Positions 39,140-48,653 of a stretch of 64,000 nt of DNA are shown in pieces. The notes under the pieces were generated by a model that saw only the letters and a list, made by a program, of their open reading frames with translations, did no database searches and was not told the origin of the DNA. Each line of letters begins with the position of its first letter. Position 1 is the stretch's first letter. The DNA is from an uncultured Eubacteriales bacterium. Its GTDB lineage: Bacteria > Bacillota > Clostridia > Oscillospirales > CAG-272. The position numbers and the translations under genes were made by a program. The stretch lies in NCBI GenBank assembly GCA_934446065.1, contig CAKSDP010000003.1:35349-99348 (forward strand), written 5' to 3'.

Positions 39140-40822
39140 TTATATGATCAAATATGCTCCCAGCATCTGTTTGTCATTATCCTTATCAAAGGTTAAATAA
39201 CCTTGTCTGACAGCCTCTTCCAAGACTGCGCCGCGCATAGCAAAAACATTTGCACAAGCGTGATCGATTTGGAATTCATCTTCTTTAAAAAAGTCGGGAA
39301 TTTCTTTATAGATCTGCTCGCGGCAGAACAAATAATGTCGTGTAGCAATCTCTGCTGCTTTACAACGAAGTGCCTCAAACTCTTTGCGTGCATCCGGGGG
39401 CATTTTGCGTGACTTATCCCTATACATAACCATGATAGTCGGAACATATCCCTCATCTGTGCTTTTAATATATCCGTATGTTTCCAATCTTTTTAGTATA
39501 GTCTTGTCTACATCTGAGCTATTACCATCAGCAACTGCCACCATTGCTTGACCGTCTGCATAATTAAGAAACGGAGGCGTCCTATCTTCAATTCCGCCAA
39601 ATTCAAACCTGTATTGACGGAAATAAATTTCAGGCAGATCTTTCTCATCGGGATTTGACACACAACCGCTTAGTCCGACAAAATTCGGCTTGCTGCCGAG
39701 ATAATTTTCCATGCCGAGAAGATCCCATTCTCCTCCGTCGGGACGAAGAGTATGTCCCCAAGAACCGATATTGGTAACCTCTGCCGCATTTTTATTAAAC
39801 GGTTTTAGCGTGTAGGAATTGACAGCATCCGTTTCTGTCATAAGCAGTGCCCATTTCATATCCTCAAACGACTGATACCCCTCATGCCATTTCGGACAAT
39901 TATCGTTTCGCCACTTGATATCATATTCCATGGCTTCTATTACAGCTTTTGTGAGTTCAGGGGTAATTCCGCGCAAATATGCGTAAATCTTTTCCTGCGC
40001 TTCTGCACTTACGATGAAGATATTTGTTTCGTATTGATTCCCGTTTTTCTTCATTAAGGTGGCTTGCGCAAGCGCCGATAGTTCTTCTTCCATATACGGA
40101 AGAGCTACCCCAACCTCCATTGCCAGCTCTTCTGCTGTAGAGGGGTTTCTATAAGCTGCAAGCAGAATGTTTTTGCAGAGCAAACGCGAAATATAATTCC
40201 ATGGTTCACCGCTTTTTCCTACCATTCCGTTCATAACAAACGCAATGTTTTGGGGGTTATAACTAAGCTTTCCGAATTCTCTTGCCATATCCATACCTTC
40301 TTTCAATATGATTCTTGCACGGTGAAGTCTTTGCTGAACCGTACTGATCGAAAGAGAGAGAGATGATGCAATATCACGAACGCTTTTGCTTTCTATATAA
40401 TAGGCAACGACGATATTGCGATAATCGCTTTTTATGAACGCCAACTCTCGCCGAAGCAGAGCCATTTGCTCTGTATGTATTATTTCATCAAGGATGTTTT
40501 TGCTTTCATCCTCAACCTCATAATCGCCGATATCGGAACCGGTTACCGACTCGTTTCGATTATGCTTTACAGTTGCCCATACGGAATAACGATTTCGCGC
40601 GATCTGCCATACCCACGCCGAAAAACTCGTTGGAATCGCCCCTCTGTTCAAAGCCGTTATAATCTGAAGCGCGATATCTTGCGTCAGACCTTCAGCTTCA
40701 ACATTGTTTCCTGTCTTCTTCAAGCAAAAATAAAACAACTTTTCCATATAGTTTTCAGTAAATTCATTGATAAGCTGATCGCACATTCGGTTCGTTTCTT
40801 GCATTTTCTCGCCTCCTTTCAC
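39140..40822 (-). CDS. ECF-type sigma-70 family sigma factor fused to a roughly 370-aa soluble C-terminal domain of unknown function
   Basis: Region 2 (EAEGLTQDIALQIITAL, FSAWVWQIARNRYSVW) and region 4 HTH (SVRDIASSLSLSISTVQQRLHRARIILKE) within first roughly 190 aa; remaining roughly 370 aa hydrophilic, no TM segment, no recognisable motif; 560 aa; low-GC codon usage. Confidence 0.65.
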   Translation of the reverse strand: MKGGEKMQETNRMCDQLINEFTENYMEKLFYFCLKKTGNNVEAEGLTQDIALQIITALNRGAIPTSFSAWVWQIARNRYSVWATVKHNRNESVTGSDIGDYEVEDESKNILDEIIHTEQMALLRRELAFIKSDYRNIVVAYYIESKSVRDIASSLSLSISTVQQRLHRARIILKEGMDMAREFGKLSYNPQNIAFVMNGMVGKSGEPWNYISRLLCKNILLAAYRNPSTAEELAMEVGVALPYMEEELSALAQATLMKKNGNQYETNIFIVSAEAQEKIYAYLRGITPELTKAVIEAMEYDIKWRNDNCPKWHEGYQSFEDMKWALLMTETDAVNSYTLKPFNKNAAEVTNIGSWGHTLRPDGGEWDLLGMENYLGSKPNFVGLSGCVSNPDEKDLPEIYFRQYRFEFGGIEDRTPPFLNYADGQAMVAVADGNSSDVDKTILKRLETYGYIKSTDEGYVPTIMVMYRDKSRKMPPDARKEFEALRCKAAEIATRHYLFCREQIYKEIPDFFKEDEFQIDHACANVFAMRGAVLEEAVRQGYLTFDKDNDKQMLGAYLII

Positions 40823-40940
40823 TCATATAGTGTGGTATTTATTGATTTGCTGACAAAAATATTTTCTTTGTTTTTTCTATTATATCACAATGTTTGCTAA
40901 GAATAAATTGGTTCCGGCAAGGTTACAAGATCTGTTGAAG

Positions 40941-40988
40941 AAAAAGCAAAAGAGAGTACAGCCTTTCGACTGTACTGCCTTTTGTTTA
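40941..40988 (-). terminator. terminator of DUF2156-like gene in its current (post-insertion) context
   Basis: Hairpin AGTACAG-cctttcga-CTGTACT (40955-40976) flanked by A/T runs on both strands. Confidence 0.5.
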
Positions 40989-41028
40989 TCCTATTCGGTT
41001 TTCATATTTCTCCGTTAAGGACATCCCG

Positions 41029-41176
41029 CTTTTCGTAACAGCATTTTTTCTATTCTTTCTCAGCAGCAGAACACGGTATACTTCTTCAGCATTTTCACCG
41101 GGTGCAGAGACGATTTTGACTGCCGCAGCCCGGGGATGCCCATGTCCTCTTCCCTGTTCACGAACTTCACGTCGGG
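41029..41176. repeat. direct repeat copy B (3' end of intact DUF2156-like gene)
   Basis: See copy A; continuous with ORF 41060-41965. Confidence 0.85.
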
Positions 41177-41965
41177 CGCGTCAAGGCTGCGCAGGTATCC
41201 GGTCGAGAGATACTGGTACGCTCCCGGCATATCCTGCATGGCTTTCTCAAAATGCACGAACACCGTATCGCCGACGATCTCCCCGACGGTAAAGCCCGCA
41301 GTCTCGCCGCCCGCAGTGAGGATCGCGCCGGACAGCCCAAGTTCATCCCAATGCTCCGCGAGGTCACATATCGCGGAAAGCTCGGCTGCCGCCATTTTCG
41401 AGCCGTCGGAATAAAGCTCGTCCCATTTTGCGACGAAATCTGCCATCATCGCGGCATTTGTGACGGTCATGGGGATTATTTCGGCGTCCGGATGCATTTT
41501 GCCGAAGCGATTTACGAAGTTTTTCTGCCCGTGGAACTTTCTGCCGGACAGCTCCGATATTTCGGTGCGGTCGTATACGTAGTCCGACCAATCCGGCTCT
41601 TCCGAGGGAAACACGACGTCGAACACCTCCCCGAACATGGGGACATTCTGCTCCGCGACGAAGCAGAAATACATATTCATACCGCGCCCGTGGGCGTATT
41701 CGCCGATCGCGGCAAGCGCTGTGCGCGGGTCCCCGCCGATCGGGAAAGAGAACATCTCCGTTCCCTCGCACGAGGCGAGAAGCACGACGGAATCGCCGCA
41801 GCGCGCCCATTTCGTATCGTAATAGCCGCGCCACAGGAATGTGGTTCCGAACAGATTATCGCAGATGAGCGGTATCCCCGCCTCCGCTCTCTCAAGATTA
41901 TCACGCTCAAAGACGGCACGAAGATATTCGATATCAGCGTATTCGAGCCTCTTAAACTCAAGCAT
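41060..41965 (-). CDS. DUF2156-like protein (MprF/LysX C-terminal-domain-like, GNAT-fold acyltransferase family), function unknown
   Basis: 301 aa; family assignment from memory of the YdaK/DUF2156 pattern (FVAEQN..., LRSLDAPDVKFVNREEDMGIPGLRQSK); moderate certainty. Confidence 0.45.
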   Translation of the reverse strand: MLEFKRLEYADIEYLRAVFERDNLERAEAGIPLICDNLFGTTFLWRGYYDTKWARCGDSVVLLASCEGTEMFSFPIGGDPRTALAAIGEYAHGRGMNMYFCFVAEQNVPMFGEVFDVVFPSEEPDWSDYVYDRTEISELSGRKFHGQKNFVNRFGKMHPDAEIIPMTVTNAAMMADFVAKWDELYSDGSKMAAAELSAICDLAEHWDELGLSGAILTAGGETAGFTVGEIVGDTVFVHFEKAMQDMPGAYQYLSTGYLRSLDAPDVKFVNREEDMGIPGLRQSKSSLHPVKMLKKYTVFCC

Positions 41966-42162
41966 ACTGCACCTTTCCGGCGAAATCGCCTTGATGTTTC
42001 ATTTATGTGCAAAATATTGTTTTGTTATTTATTACCAATATGCGGCGTTGATTTTTGTGCAATATTTTTCGTCGTTATCACTTGAACAATATGGCAAAAT
42101 GTGGTATCATATATATACAACAGAACCAAATATTACCAAACGCCGATATAAAGGAGAAAATC

Positions 42163-42939
42163 ATGGATAAAAACGCAAAGATTCTGATAGCAGACGAAAA
42201 CTCAGATGTGAGAAAAGGATGCATGGCATCGCTTCACAAGTACGGCTACCGCAATGTGGAAGAAGCGTCAAACGGGGAGGAAGCGCTCCACATTATAAAC
42301 CGCTATCATCCCGACATCGTGGTTGCGGACGTATGGCTGTCGAAGCTCGACGGGATCGGGCTTGTCCGCCAATGTTCCGAGACGGATTTCACTCCGGACA
42401 AAGCTCCGTCGTTCATCATTACATCACTTGTTGCAAACCAGAACATATTTGTCGAAGCGATCAGCGCAGGCGCGGTGATATGTCTGCCGAAGCCGATCGA
42501 TCACATCAGTCTGTGCGATCACATCACCACCGTCATCCACAACAGAGCCGAGGGTGTCTACAAAGCTGCGGATATGTCGGGGCTGCCCGATATTGAGGCG
42601 CAGGTCACGAAGATCATTCACCAGATCGGCGTACCCGCTCATATCAAAGGTTATCAGTATCTCAGAAGCGCCATTCTTATGGCGATCAGCGACAACGAAG
42701 TGATAAACTCCGTAACGAAGATCCTCTACCCGTCAGTTGCAAAGAAGTATTCGACCACCACGTCCCGCGTAGAACGCGCGATCCGTCACGCGATCGAGGT
42801 TGCATGGGACAGAGGTGACATCGACACGCTCAACTCCTATTTCGGATACACGATCCAGAACACACGCGGCAAGCCGACCAACAGCGAATTCATCGCGATG
42901 ATCGCCGACAATCTCCGTCTGAAATACAAGATCCGCTGA
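42163..42939 (+). CDS. spo0A: sporulation master regulator Spo0A (start at [13 protein letters not shown]; ORF-track start 42055 is an upstream extension)
   Basis: Receiver domain ([10 protein letters not shown]...[14 protein letters not shown]) plus diagnostic Spo0A_C signature [17 protein letters not shown]...[30 protein letters not shown]...KPTNSEFIA; AAAGGAG RBS; TTGAAC-17-TGgTATCAT promoter upstream. Confidence 0.9.
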   Translation: MDKNAKILIADENSDVRKGCMASLHKYGYRNVEEASNGEEALHIINRYHPDIVVADVWLSKLDGIGLVRQCSETDFTPDKAPSFIITSLVANQNIFVEAISAGAVICLPKPIDHISLCDHITTVIHNRAEGVYKAADMSGLPDIEAQVTKIIHQIGVPAHIKGYQYLRSAILMAISDNEVINSVTKILYPSVAKKYSTTTSRVERAIRHAIEVAWDRGDIDTLNSYFGYTIQNTRGKPTNSEFIAMIADNLRLKYKIR

Positions 42940-43842
42940 GAGCGCGCTCGCTCCGCTTACGGGAGTCACGCTCACGCCGTCGCATCTGAACACAATGTCG
43001 CCCGACACGTCTGTACGGAACACTGCTGCTCCCGCTGCGGCGAGTCTGTCGAGAATCGTCGGATCCGGGTGCCCGTATGAATTATTTTTCCCGCACGATA
43101 TCACCGCATACTCCGGCGACACGGCGTAAATAAAATCATCGCTGCTCGATGTGGACGAGCCATGGTGTCCGACCTTCAGAATGTCCGCAGACAGCGCCTC
43201 GCCGGACATGAGCAGCTGACGCTCTATCTCCGTTTCGGCATCGCCCGTGAACAGGATATGCGTATTTCCGAATGCGGCGCGGATAACGGCACTGACGTTG
43301 TTCGTCTCCGTATAATTCACGCCGGACTCCGGCGAGAGAATGTTGAACGTCATATCGCCGACGGCAAAGCTTTCGCCTCGGACTGCCTCGATCACATCGG
43401 CGCCAGAGCCTTCTATCGCGTCAAGAAGTCTGTCAAATGACGCGCTGTCCGCCGCTCTGTCGGGCAGGACTGTGTGCTTTACTGCGACTGCGCCGAAAAC
43501 GGCGGGCGCGCCGCCGATATGATCCTCGTGAGGATGGGTGAACACGGCGTAGTCAAGAGACGATGTTCTTGCGCTGACGTAGGCGGCAAGCCTGTCGGCA
43601 TACGAGCCTGTTCCCGCGTCGATCAGCACGCTTCCCGCATCAGACAGGATCAGGGCGGAATCTCCCTGCCCCACGTCAATGAAATGCACCTCGATCACGC
43701 CCGACGGCGGGGTCGTATCCGTGAGATAACCCGATATGTACAAAAAAGCGGCGGCAATTATTGCGAAAGCAGAAGCTATCGCAATAGTTGCCGCTCTGAG
43801 CTTTCCTGCCTTTTTATATACCGAAGGGATCCTTCGTTTCAT
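42733..43842 (-). CDS. membrane-anchored MBL-fold metallo-hydrolase (ComEC C-terminal-domain-like)
   Basis: N-terminal [26 protein letters not shown] motifs; about 70-aa low-complexity tail runs 207 nt into the 3' end of spo0A on the opposite strand. Confidence 0.7.
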   Translation of the reverse strand: MKRRIPSVYKKAGKLRAATIAIASAFAIIAAAFLYISGYLTDTTPPSGVIEVHFIDVGQGDSALILSDAGSVLIDAGTGSYADRLAAYVSARTSSLDYAVFTHPHEDHIGGAPAVFGAVAVKHTVLPDRAADSASFDRLLDAIEGSGADVIEAVRGESFAVGDMTFNILSPESGVNYTETNNVSAVIRAAFGNTHILFTGDAETEIERQLLMSGEALSADILKVGHHGSSTSSSDDFIYAVSPEYAVISCGKNNSYGHPDPTILDRLAAAGAAVFRTDVSGDIVFRCDGVSVTPVSGASALSADLVFQTEIVGDHRDEFAVGRLAACVLDRVSEIGVERVDVTSVPCNLDRVTDRAFYAGRGGRILLCN

Positions 43843-44257
43843 CCGACAACTCCTCCGTCAGGTGAGTTTTACCGTCTCCGAACCAAATTCCGATCGCCGC
43901 GCAGATACGGTCGCCCGGAATACAGAGAAGATACCACAGCGCGAAGTACAGCGGGCATATCTGCCCGTAGACGTTAAGCGGCATATTTGAATAATCCCAC
44001 ATTCCGCGTCTGAGAACAATATTGAACACAAAGCCGAAAGCGTATTCCACAAGCGTGATAAGCGCTGCGTCAACAAGGCAGCGCACTCCGACCGGAAGCC
44101 TGTCAAACGCGAAGTGCACTCGATATATTATAACAAGCGACAAAGCGCCTGCTGCACCCATTGCGGCATACGTATGTCCCCGCCAGAGCATCTCGATCGA
44201 GGTATACAGGAAAAAGCCAATTATGGCGAGAACGAGATATTTCGCAATTTTTTTCAA
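43814..44257 (-). CDS. small polytopic membrane protein, function unknown
   Basis: 147 aa, 4 predicted TM helices, overlaps start of MBL gene by 29 nt. Confidence 0.4.
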   Translation of the reverse strand: MKKIAKYLVLAIIGFFLYTSIEMLWRGHTYAAMGAAGALSLVIIYRVHFAFDRLPVGVRCLVDAALITLVEYAFGFVFNIVLRRGMWDYSNMPLNVYGQICPLYFALWYLLCIPGDRICAAIGIWFGDGKTHLTEELSDETKDPFGI

Positions 44258-44330
44258 AAATAATCACCCCTTTATTGTATTGACGCAAAAGAGGTGATTT
44301 ATTCATTTGAAAAGCGGAAAACGCGCGTCC

Positions 44331-44894
44331 TCAGAGAAGGCTCTTGCCGCTCTTTCTGGACTTGAAGCCTCTTATGTATCCCATGAACATAGCGGGAATT
44401 TCGCAGACCACAAGAATTACCATGGAAATAAGCTTATAGCTCGTCGGAACGTCGCTGAAGCTCGTGTTTCCGGTTGCTCTTGCAAAGAACGGAGCAAAGT
44501 ACGACACGGGACCGCCGATGAACTGATATCCTGCGATGCAGCAGATACCGAAATACACTCCGACGGACACGATGACGATAAGAAGCGGGTAGATGATGTT
44601 GAGGTTCGGGTTTGCGGTATCATACATCTCCGCAACGATGGCACCGTCAACACCCGGCTTGTTCATAAACATATAGACGGCAATGACCGACGCGATAAGA
44701 CCGATGATACCGACGACGAGATATCCGACGCCGTCAACTCTCTCGGCGGACGATGAGTTGCCGAACCAAACAAACGCTTTTACGATAAGACCCGGAATGA
44801 TCATTGCAAACTCTGCAATAAGTCCGGTCACGAGAAGGAGCAGTAGCTGGAGCGGTATCTGCTTCAGTGCGTCCGTCAATCTTTTTGAATTCAT
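44331..44894 (-). CDS. membrane protein, function unknown
   Basis: 187 aa, 4-5 hydrophobic segments. Confidence 0.4.
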   Translation of the reverse strand: MNSKRLTDALKQIPLQLLLLLVTGLIAEFAMIIPGLIVKAFVWFGNSSSAERVDGVGYLVVGIIGLIASVIAVYMFMNKPGVDGAIVAEMYDTANPNLNIIYPLLIVIVSVGVYFGICCIAGYQFIGGPVSYFAPFFARATGNTSFSDVPTSYKLISMVILVVCEIPAMFMGYIRGFKSRKSGKSLL

Positions 44895-45120
44895 AATCGA
44901 TCTCCATTTACTATACAGTTATTCGTGCTGCTCTCATACTGCGGCAACACTAATGCTTATACTATAATACTATACTTTCAGCGGATTTGTCAATATTTTC
45001 AGAGCAATTTCATACAAATATTGCGAGAAATTATTTTTATTTTTCTGCATATGGACACCAAAGGAAATTTGTGGTACAATACTTTTGTTATAACGCTGTC
45101 ATTTACGGAGGGATCTTTTA

Positions 45121-45602
45121 TGTCCGACAGGCAAAGGATGCTCGTCTGGCGATGCATTATCTCGGTATTCATCGCGGCGACGCTGTTTTTCATATGGTCA
45201 AACTCCCTCGCGGACGCGCCCGAATCGACTGTGCGCAGCGACGGCGTGATAGAATGGCTGAAGCCGATCGTCGATCCGCAGGACAAGATCGACGAAGGCA
45301 CGTTCACCTTCGCCGTGCGCAAGACGGCGCATTTCACGGAATTTGCGGTTCTCGGCGGGGAGATATTCCTCCTTCTCTCCACCTTCGGCGAGAATTTCCC
45401 GAGGCGGCTTCGCCGCGTTCCGCCAAGCGGTCTCCTCGCCTGCGGTGTTGCGGTCATTGACGAAATATTGCAGCTGTTTTCGCCGGGACGGGCGTGCAGG
45501 GTGACGGACATGATGATCGACATGGCAGGCGCGCTCACGGGAGCGCTCGTACTGTGCGGGATCACGGCTGTGATCGGGAAAATACGGGGCAGAGTAAACT
45601 GA
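45121..45602 (+). CDS. VanZ-family membrane protein (start at MSDRQ)
   Basis: VanZ-like signature RKTAHFTEFAVLG and C-terminal IDEILQLFSPGR. Confidence 0.65.
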
Positions 45603-45606
45603 ACAG

Positions 45607-45641
45607 AAAAAGGTGCGAAGAATATCTTCGCACCTTTTTAT
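45607..45641. terminator. bidirectional intrinsic terminator between vanZ-like and flotillin genes
   Basis: AAAAAGGTGCGAAG-aatat-CTTCGCACCTTTTT perfect 14-bp stem. Confidence 0.8.
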
Positions 45642-45652
45642 TCGGTTTGGGC

Positions 45653-47095
45653 TTACTCTGCCGCGGGGGTGTCCGCCGTCACGATCTCGGCGGGCGATTC
45701 GTTTGCGGTCTCAGCTTTTTTGCCGAGGTACGTCGGAAGCTCCATGCCCGCCATATCGAACATCTCGTTCAGGGGCGGCACGCTCTTCATGAGTCCGGAG
45801 ACAAAGTTTGCGGTAGTCGTTTTTCCGTCTGCGCCGGAACCTCCGTCCCACACGGTGATCTTGTCGATCTGGAGATTCTTTATCGCCTCGACCTGGATCT
45901 TCACAAGCTCTTCCATCTTGTCTGCGATCATAAGGCGGACTGCGTCGGATGCGTCGCCGCCGGCAGACTTCACGATCTCCGCGAAACCTTCTGCCTGCTT
46001 TGTCAGCATTGCACGCATACCGTCTGCCTCAGCCTGCATCTTCATGAGGATAGCGTCAGCCTCACCCTTCGCCTTGCGGCGGATCTGCTCAGCCTCAGCC
46101 TCGGCTTCAAGCTCAAGCTTGCGTTTATCGACCTCGGTACGGACGATGACGTCAGCCTCAAGCTTTGCTTTTTCGAGCGACGCACGCTCAAGCTCCGCGC
46201 TCTTCTGCGCGCCGTAGGACTCCTCCATCGCCTTTGCGCTCTGGATGTTCTCGGCAGCGGTTGCACGCTTGAGGGACTCTGCCTCGCGCTCGCGGCGGGT
46301 CGCGTCGGATTCGGCGATCTGCGCCTTTGCCTCGTTCTCACCCTTGATAGCCTCGGAGTTCGAGCGGGAGACGTTTATTCTCATCTCACGGTCAGCCTCA
46401 GCCGAACCGATCGCACCGCTTCTGTCAGCCTCGGCGACGGATATCTTCGCGTCGTTTATAGCCTTTGCGGCAGCCTCTTTACCGAGCGCCACAATATATC
46501 CGCTCTCGTCGGTGATATCGGTGACGTTGACGTTTATGAGTCTCAGACCGATCTTTTTAAGCTCGGTTTCGACGTTGCCGGACACGGCGTCGAGGAACTT
46601 ATCCCTGTCGGTGTTGATCTCCTCGATATCCATGGTAGCGATGATAAGTCTCATCTGACCGAAGATGATGTCCTCGGCGATCTGCTTGATCTCGTCAAGC
46701 TTGAGTCCGAGCAGGCGCTCAGCCGCGTTCTGCATAACTCCCGCCTCGGTCGAAATACCGACGGTAAAGCGCGAGGGGACGTCAACACGGATGTTCTGAC
46801 GCGACAGCGCATTTCTCAGGTCAACGCTGATCGACATAGGCGTAAGATCCATGTACTCATACGCCTGAAATACGGGGACGATAAACGCCGCGCCGCCGTG
46901 GATACACTTTGCGCTGCGGGACGCACCGTCCTTGCCGCGCCCGATCTTACCGTAGATCACGAGGATCTTGTCGGACGGACACTTGCGGTATCTCGAGATT
47001 ATGAGTATCGCACTCGTCAGGACGACAAGGGCGATCACACACACGAGAAACACGACTGTAATGTCAATGCCTGCACCGGGAATTGTGTTATTCAT
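45653..47095 (-). CDS. floT: flotillin-like SPFH/band-7 protein (FloT/YuaG-like)
   Basis: N-terminal TM, SPFH domain, long EA-rich coiled coil (AEAEAEQIRRKAKGEADAIL), 480 aa; partnered with NfeD gene. Confidence 0.85.
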   Translation of the reverse strand: MNNTIPGAGIDITVVFLVCVIALVVLTSAILIISRYRKCPSDKILVIYGKIGRGKDGASRSAKCIHGGAAFIVPVFQAYEYMDLTPMSISVDLRNALSRQNIRVDVPSRFTVGISTEAGVMQNAAERLLGLKLDEIKQIAEDIIFGQMRLIIATMDIEEINTDRDKFLDAVSGNVETELKKIGLRLINVNVTDITDESGYIVALGKEAAAKAINDAKISVAEADRSGAIGSAEADREMRINVSRSNSEAIKGENEAKAQIAESDATRREREAESLKRATAAENIQSAKAMEESYGAQKSAELERASLEKAKLEADVIVRTEVDKRKLELEAEAEAEQIRRKAKGEADAILMKMQAEADGMRAMLTKQAEGFAEIVKSAGGDASDAVRLMIADKMEELVKIQVEAIKNLQIDKITVWDGGSGADGKTTTANFVSGLMKSVPPLNEMFDMAGMELPTYLGKKAETANESPAEIVTADTPAAE

Positions 47096-47125
47096 TTGCT
47101 TTTCTCCTGTAAATGTTTGATTTTA

Positions 47126-47788
47126 TTATTGCCGGTCTCCCGGAATATTTTCACCGATTTTATCTGGCTCAGCCTTTGTCGGGATCGGCTCAACGACAAG
47201 CGTGCCGGAACCGTCAACCGCGGTCACAACGACGCTCTCGCCTGTTTTGAGGGCTCTGTCGGAGGAGGTCACCGCATCGGCTTCGATGAAGCGATTCTGA
47301 AGCGTAAGGTTGACCTTACCCGTGCCGCTCATTCCGGCTGGGATTGGTATGTAGACCTTGGCGCACTTCCCTTTCGCTCCGTCGATCTCGATATTGCCGG
47401 AATCCTGGAGCTTCATCACGCCGCGCATCATGTAGGCGATGACGACAAGCGCCACTGCACCGAACACGAGCGAGAGTATGACCGTGAGCCACAGATCAAG
47501 TCCCGACTGATACATTGCAAGGCCGCTCCAGCCGCCGATCGCGAGCATTGCGACAACACCTCTGACCGAAAACAGTGCAAATCCGTCGCCGTCACCGCCG
47601 ACATCGCCGTGGATGTCAACATCGCCTCCGCAGTCGCAGCCCGGATCGACGTCACCGTCGCCGTCTCCGATCCCGAACAGAAGCAGCACCGTCTGCACGA
47701 CAAGCACAAGTGTTGACGGGATCGCGATCAGCGCGAATATCTGCCCGACAAGTCCAAGTGAATTCCACCACTCTGTCACATGAATCAT
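47126..47788 (-). CDS. NfeD-family membrane protein (YuaF-like flotillin partner)
   Basis: TM segments, acidic Gly/Asp-rich linker, C-terminal OB-fold beta domain; 30 nt upstream of flotillin. Confidence 0.8.
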   Translation of the reverse strand: MIHVTEWWNSLGLVGQIFALIAIPSTLVLVVQTVLLLFGIGDGDGDVDPGCDCGGDVDIHGDVGGDGDGFALFSVRGVVAMLAIGGWSGLAMYQSGLDLWLTVILSLVFGAVALVVIAYMMRGVMKLQDSGNIEIDGAKGKCAKVYIPIPAGMSGTGKVNLTLQNRFIEADAVTSSDRALKTGESVVVTAVDGSGTLVVEPIPTKAEPDKIGENIPGDRQ

Positions 47789-47823
47789 TCCTTTCGTTTA
47801 CTTATTTCAGAGCCACCGGCACA

Positions 47824-48420
47824 TCAAAGCACCTGCGGCATACCGTCAGCCTCTATCTTCTCAAACAGCTTATCGGTGTGACGCTTGAGGATCGTCGCCT
47901 GATACGCACGGACGATGATCTCGAGCGCAGTCGTAAGTCTGTCGCCCGCGCCGGGAAAACGCTCCTCATAATCCGATGTCACCTCGGCGATAACATGGCG
48001 CAGGCGCGCGTCCGGTGCATCCGGGTCAATGATGTCAAGCACGCGGCATATGTAGTCATAGAGCACCGACTCCTGCACGATATCGTCGTCCGCGGTGTCG
48101 ATACGTCCGTTGATATAGCTGAGCAGGAACGATATTCTCGACAGCTGGACCGTATCTCTCATCATATTGATAATTAGGATACGCGCGAGCTGGTCGATGC
48201 CGTACAGCTTATTCACCGGGTTGAGCAGCCAGCCGCGCTTCACCCAGTTCTGGAGCGTCGTTCCGTCAACTCCGGATATCTCACGCAGCTGGGAGAGCTT
48301 TATTCCGTCGGAGACGAAGTACACTCTGTGCAAAAACTCCATTCCCGTTGCGTTGTCGCTTGCGCTTCGCGCCATTACCGTTCCCGGCACAAATTCAGTC
48401 ATTTCTTCTTTCAGAAACAT
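47824..48420 (-). CDS. DUF1836-like putative DNA-binding protein (MerR-like HTH)
   Basis: GIKLSQLREISGVDGTTLQNWVKRGWL HTH-like segment; 198 aa; upstream of nfeD-floT. Confidence 0.4.
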   Translation of the reverse strand: MFLKEEMTEFVPGTVMARSASDNATGMEFLHRVYFVSDGIKLSQLREISGVDGTTLQNWVKRGWLLNPVNKLYGIDQLARILIINMMRDTVQLSRISFLLSYINGRIDTADDDIVQESVLYDYICRVLDIIDPDAPDARLRHVIAEVTSDYEERFPGAGDRLTTALEIIVRAYQATILKRHTDKLFEKIEADGMPQVL

Positions 48421-48653
48421 TTTTCAAATACTCCGTTTTTCTGCAAGATCTTACAGTAGCCATATTATATCACGCAGTCACGTGATTGTCAATAGAATTC
48501 TTGCGATTTGATAAAAATATCGAATTTGCAGAAATTTTCCTTCTTTATCGCCGTACAGGATTGCAATAACAGCAGAAATGATATATAATATATAAGATAT
48601 CATCGCATTATGTATTTCTCTTTCCAAATCATCAGCACAAGGGGGAGTTCCTT

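Larger units (their letters stand above)
38805..41176. mobile_element. putative integrated islet (CIME-like or decayed integrative element) bounded by direct repeats; AT-rich relative to flanks; no integrase
   Basis: Direct repeats duplicating target-gene 3' end, native terminator retained on the displaced copy, element-side terminator on the intact copy, GC drop (about 42-45 % vs about 58 %). Confidence 0.4.
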
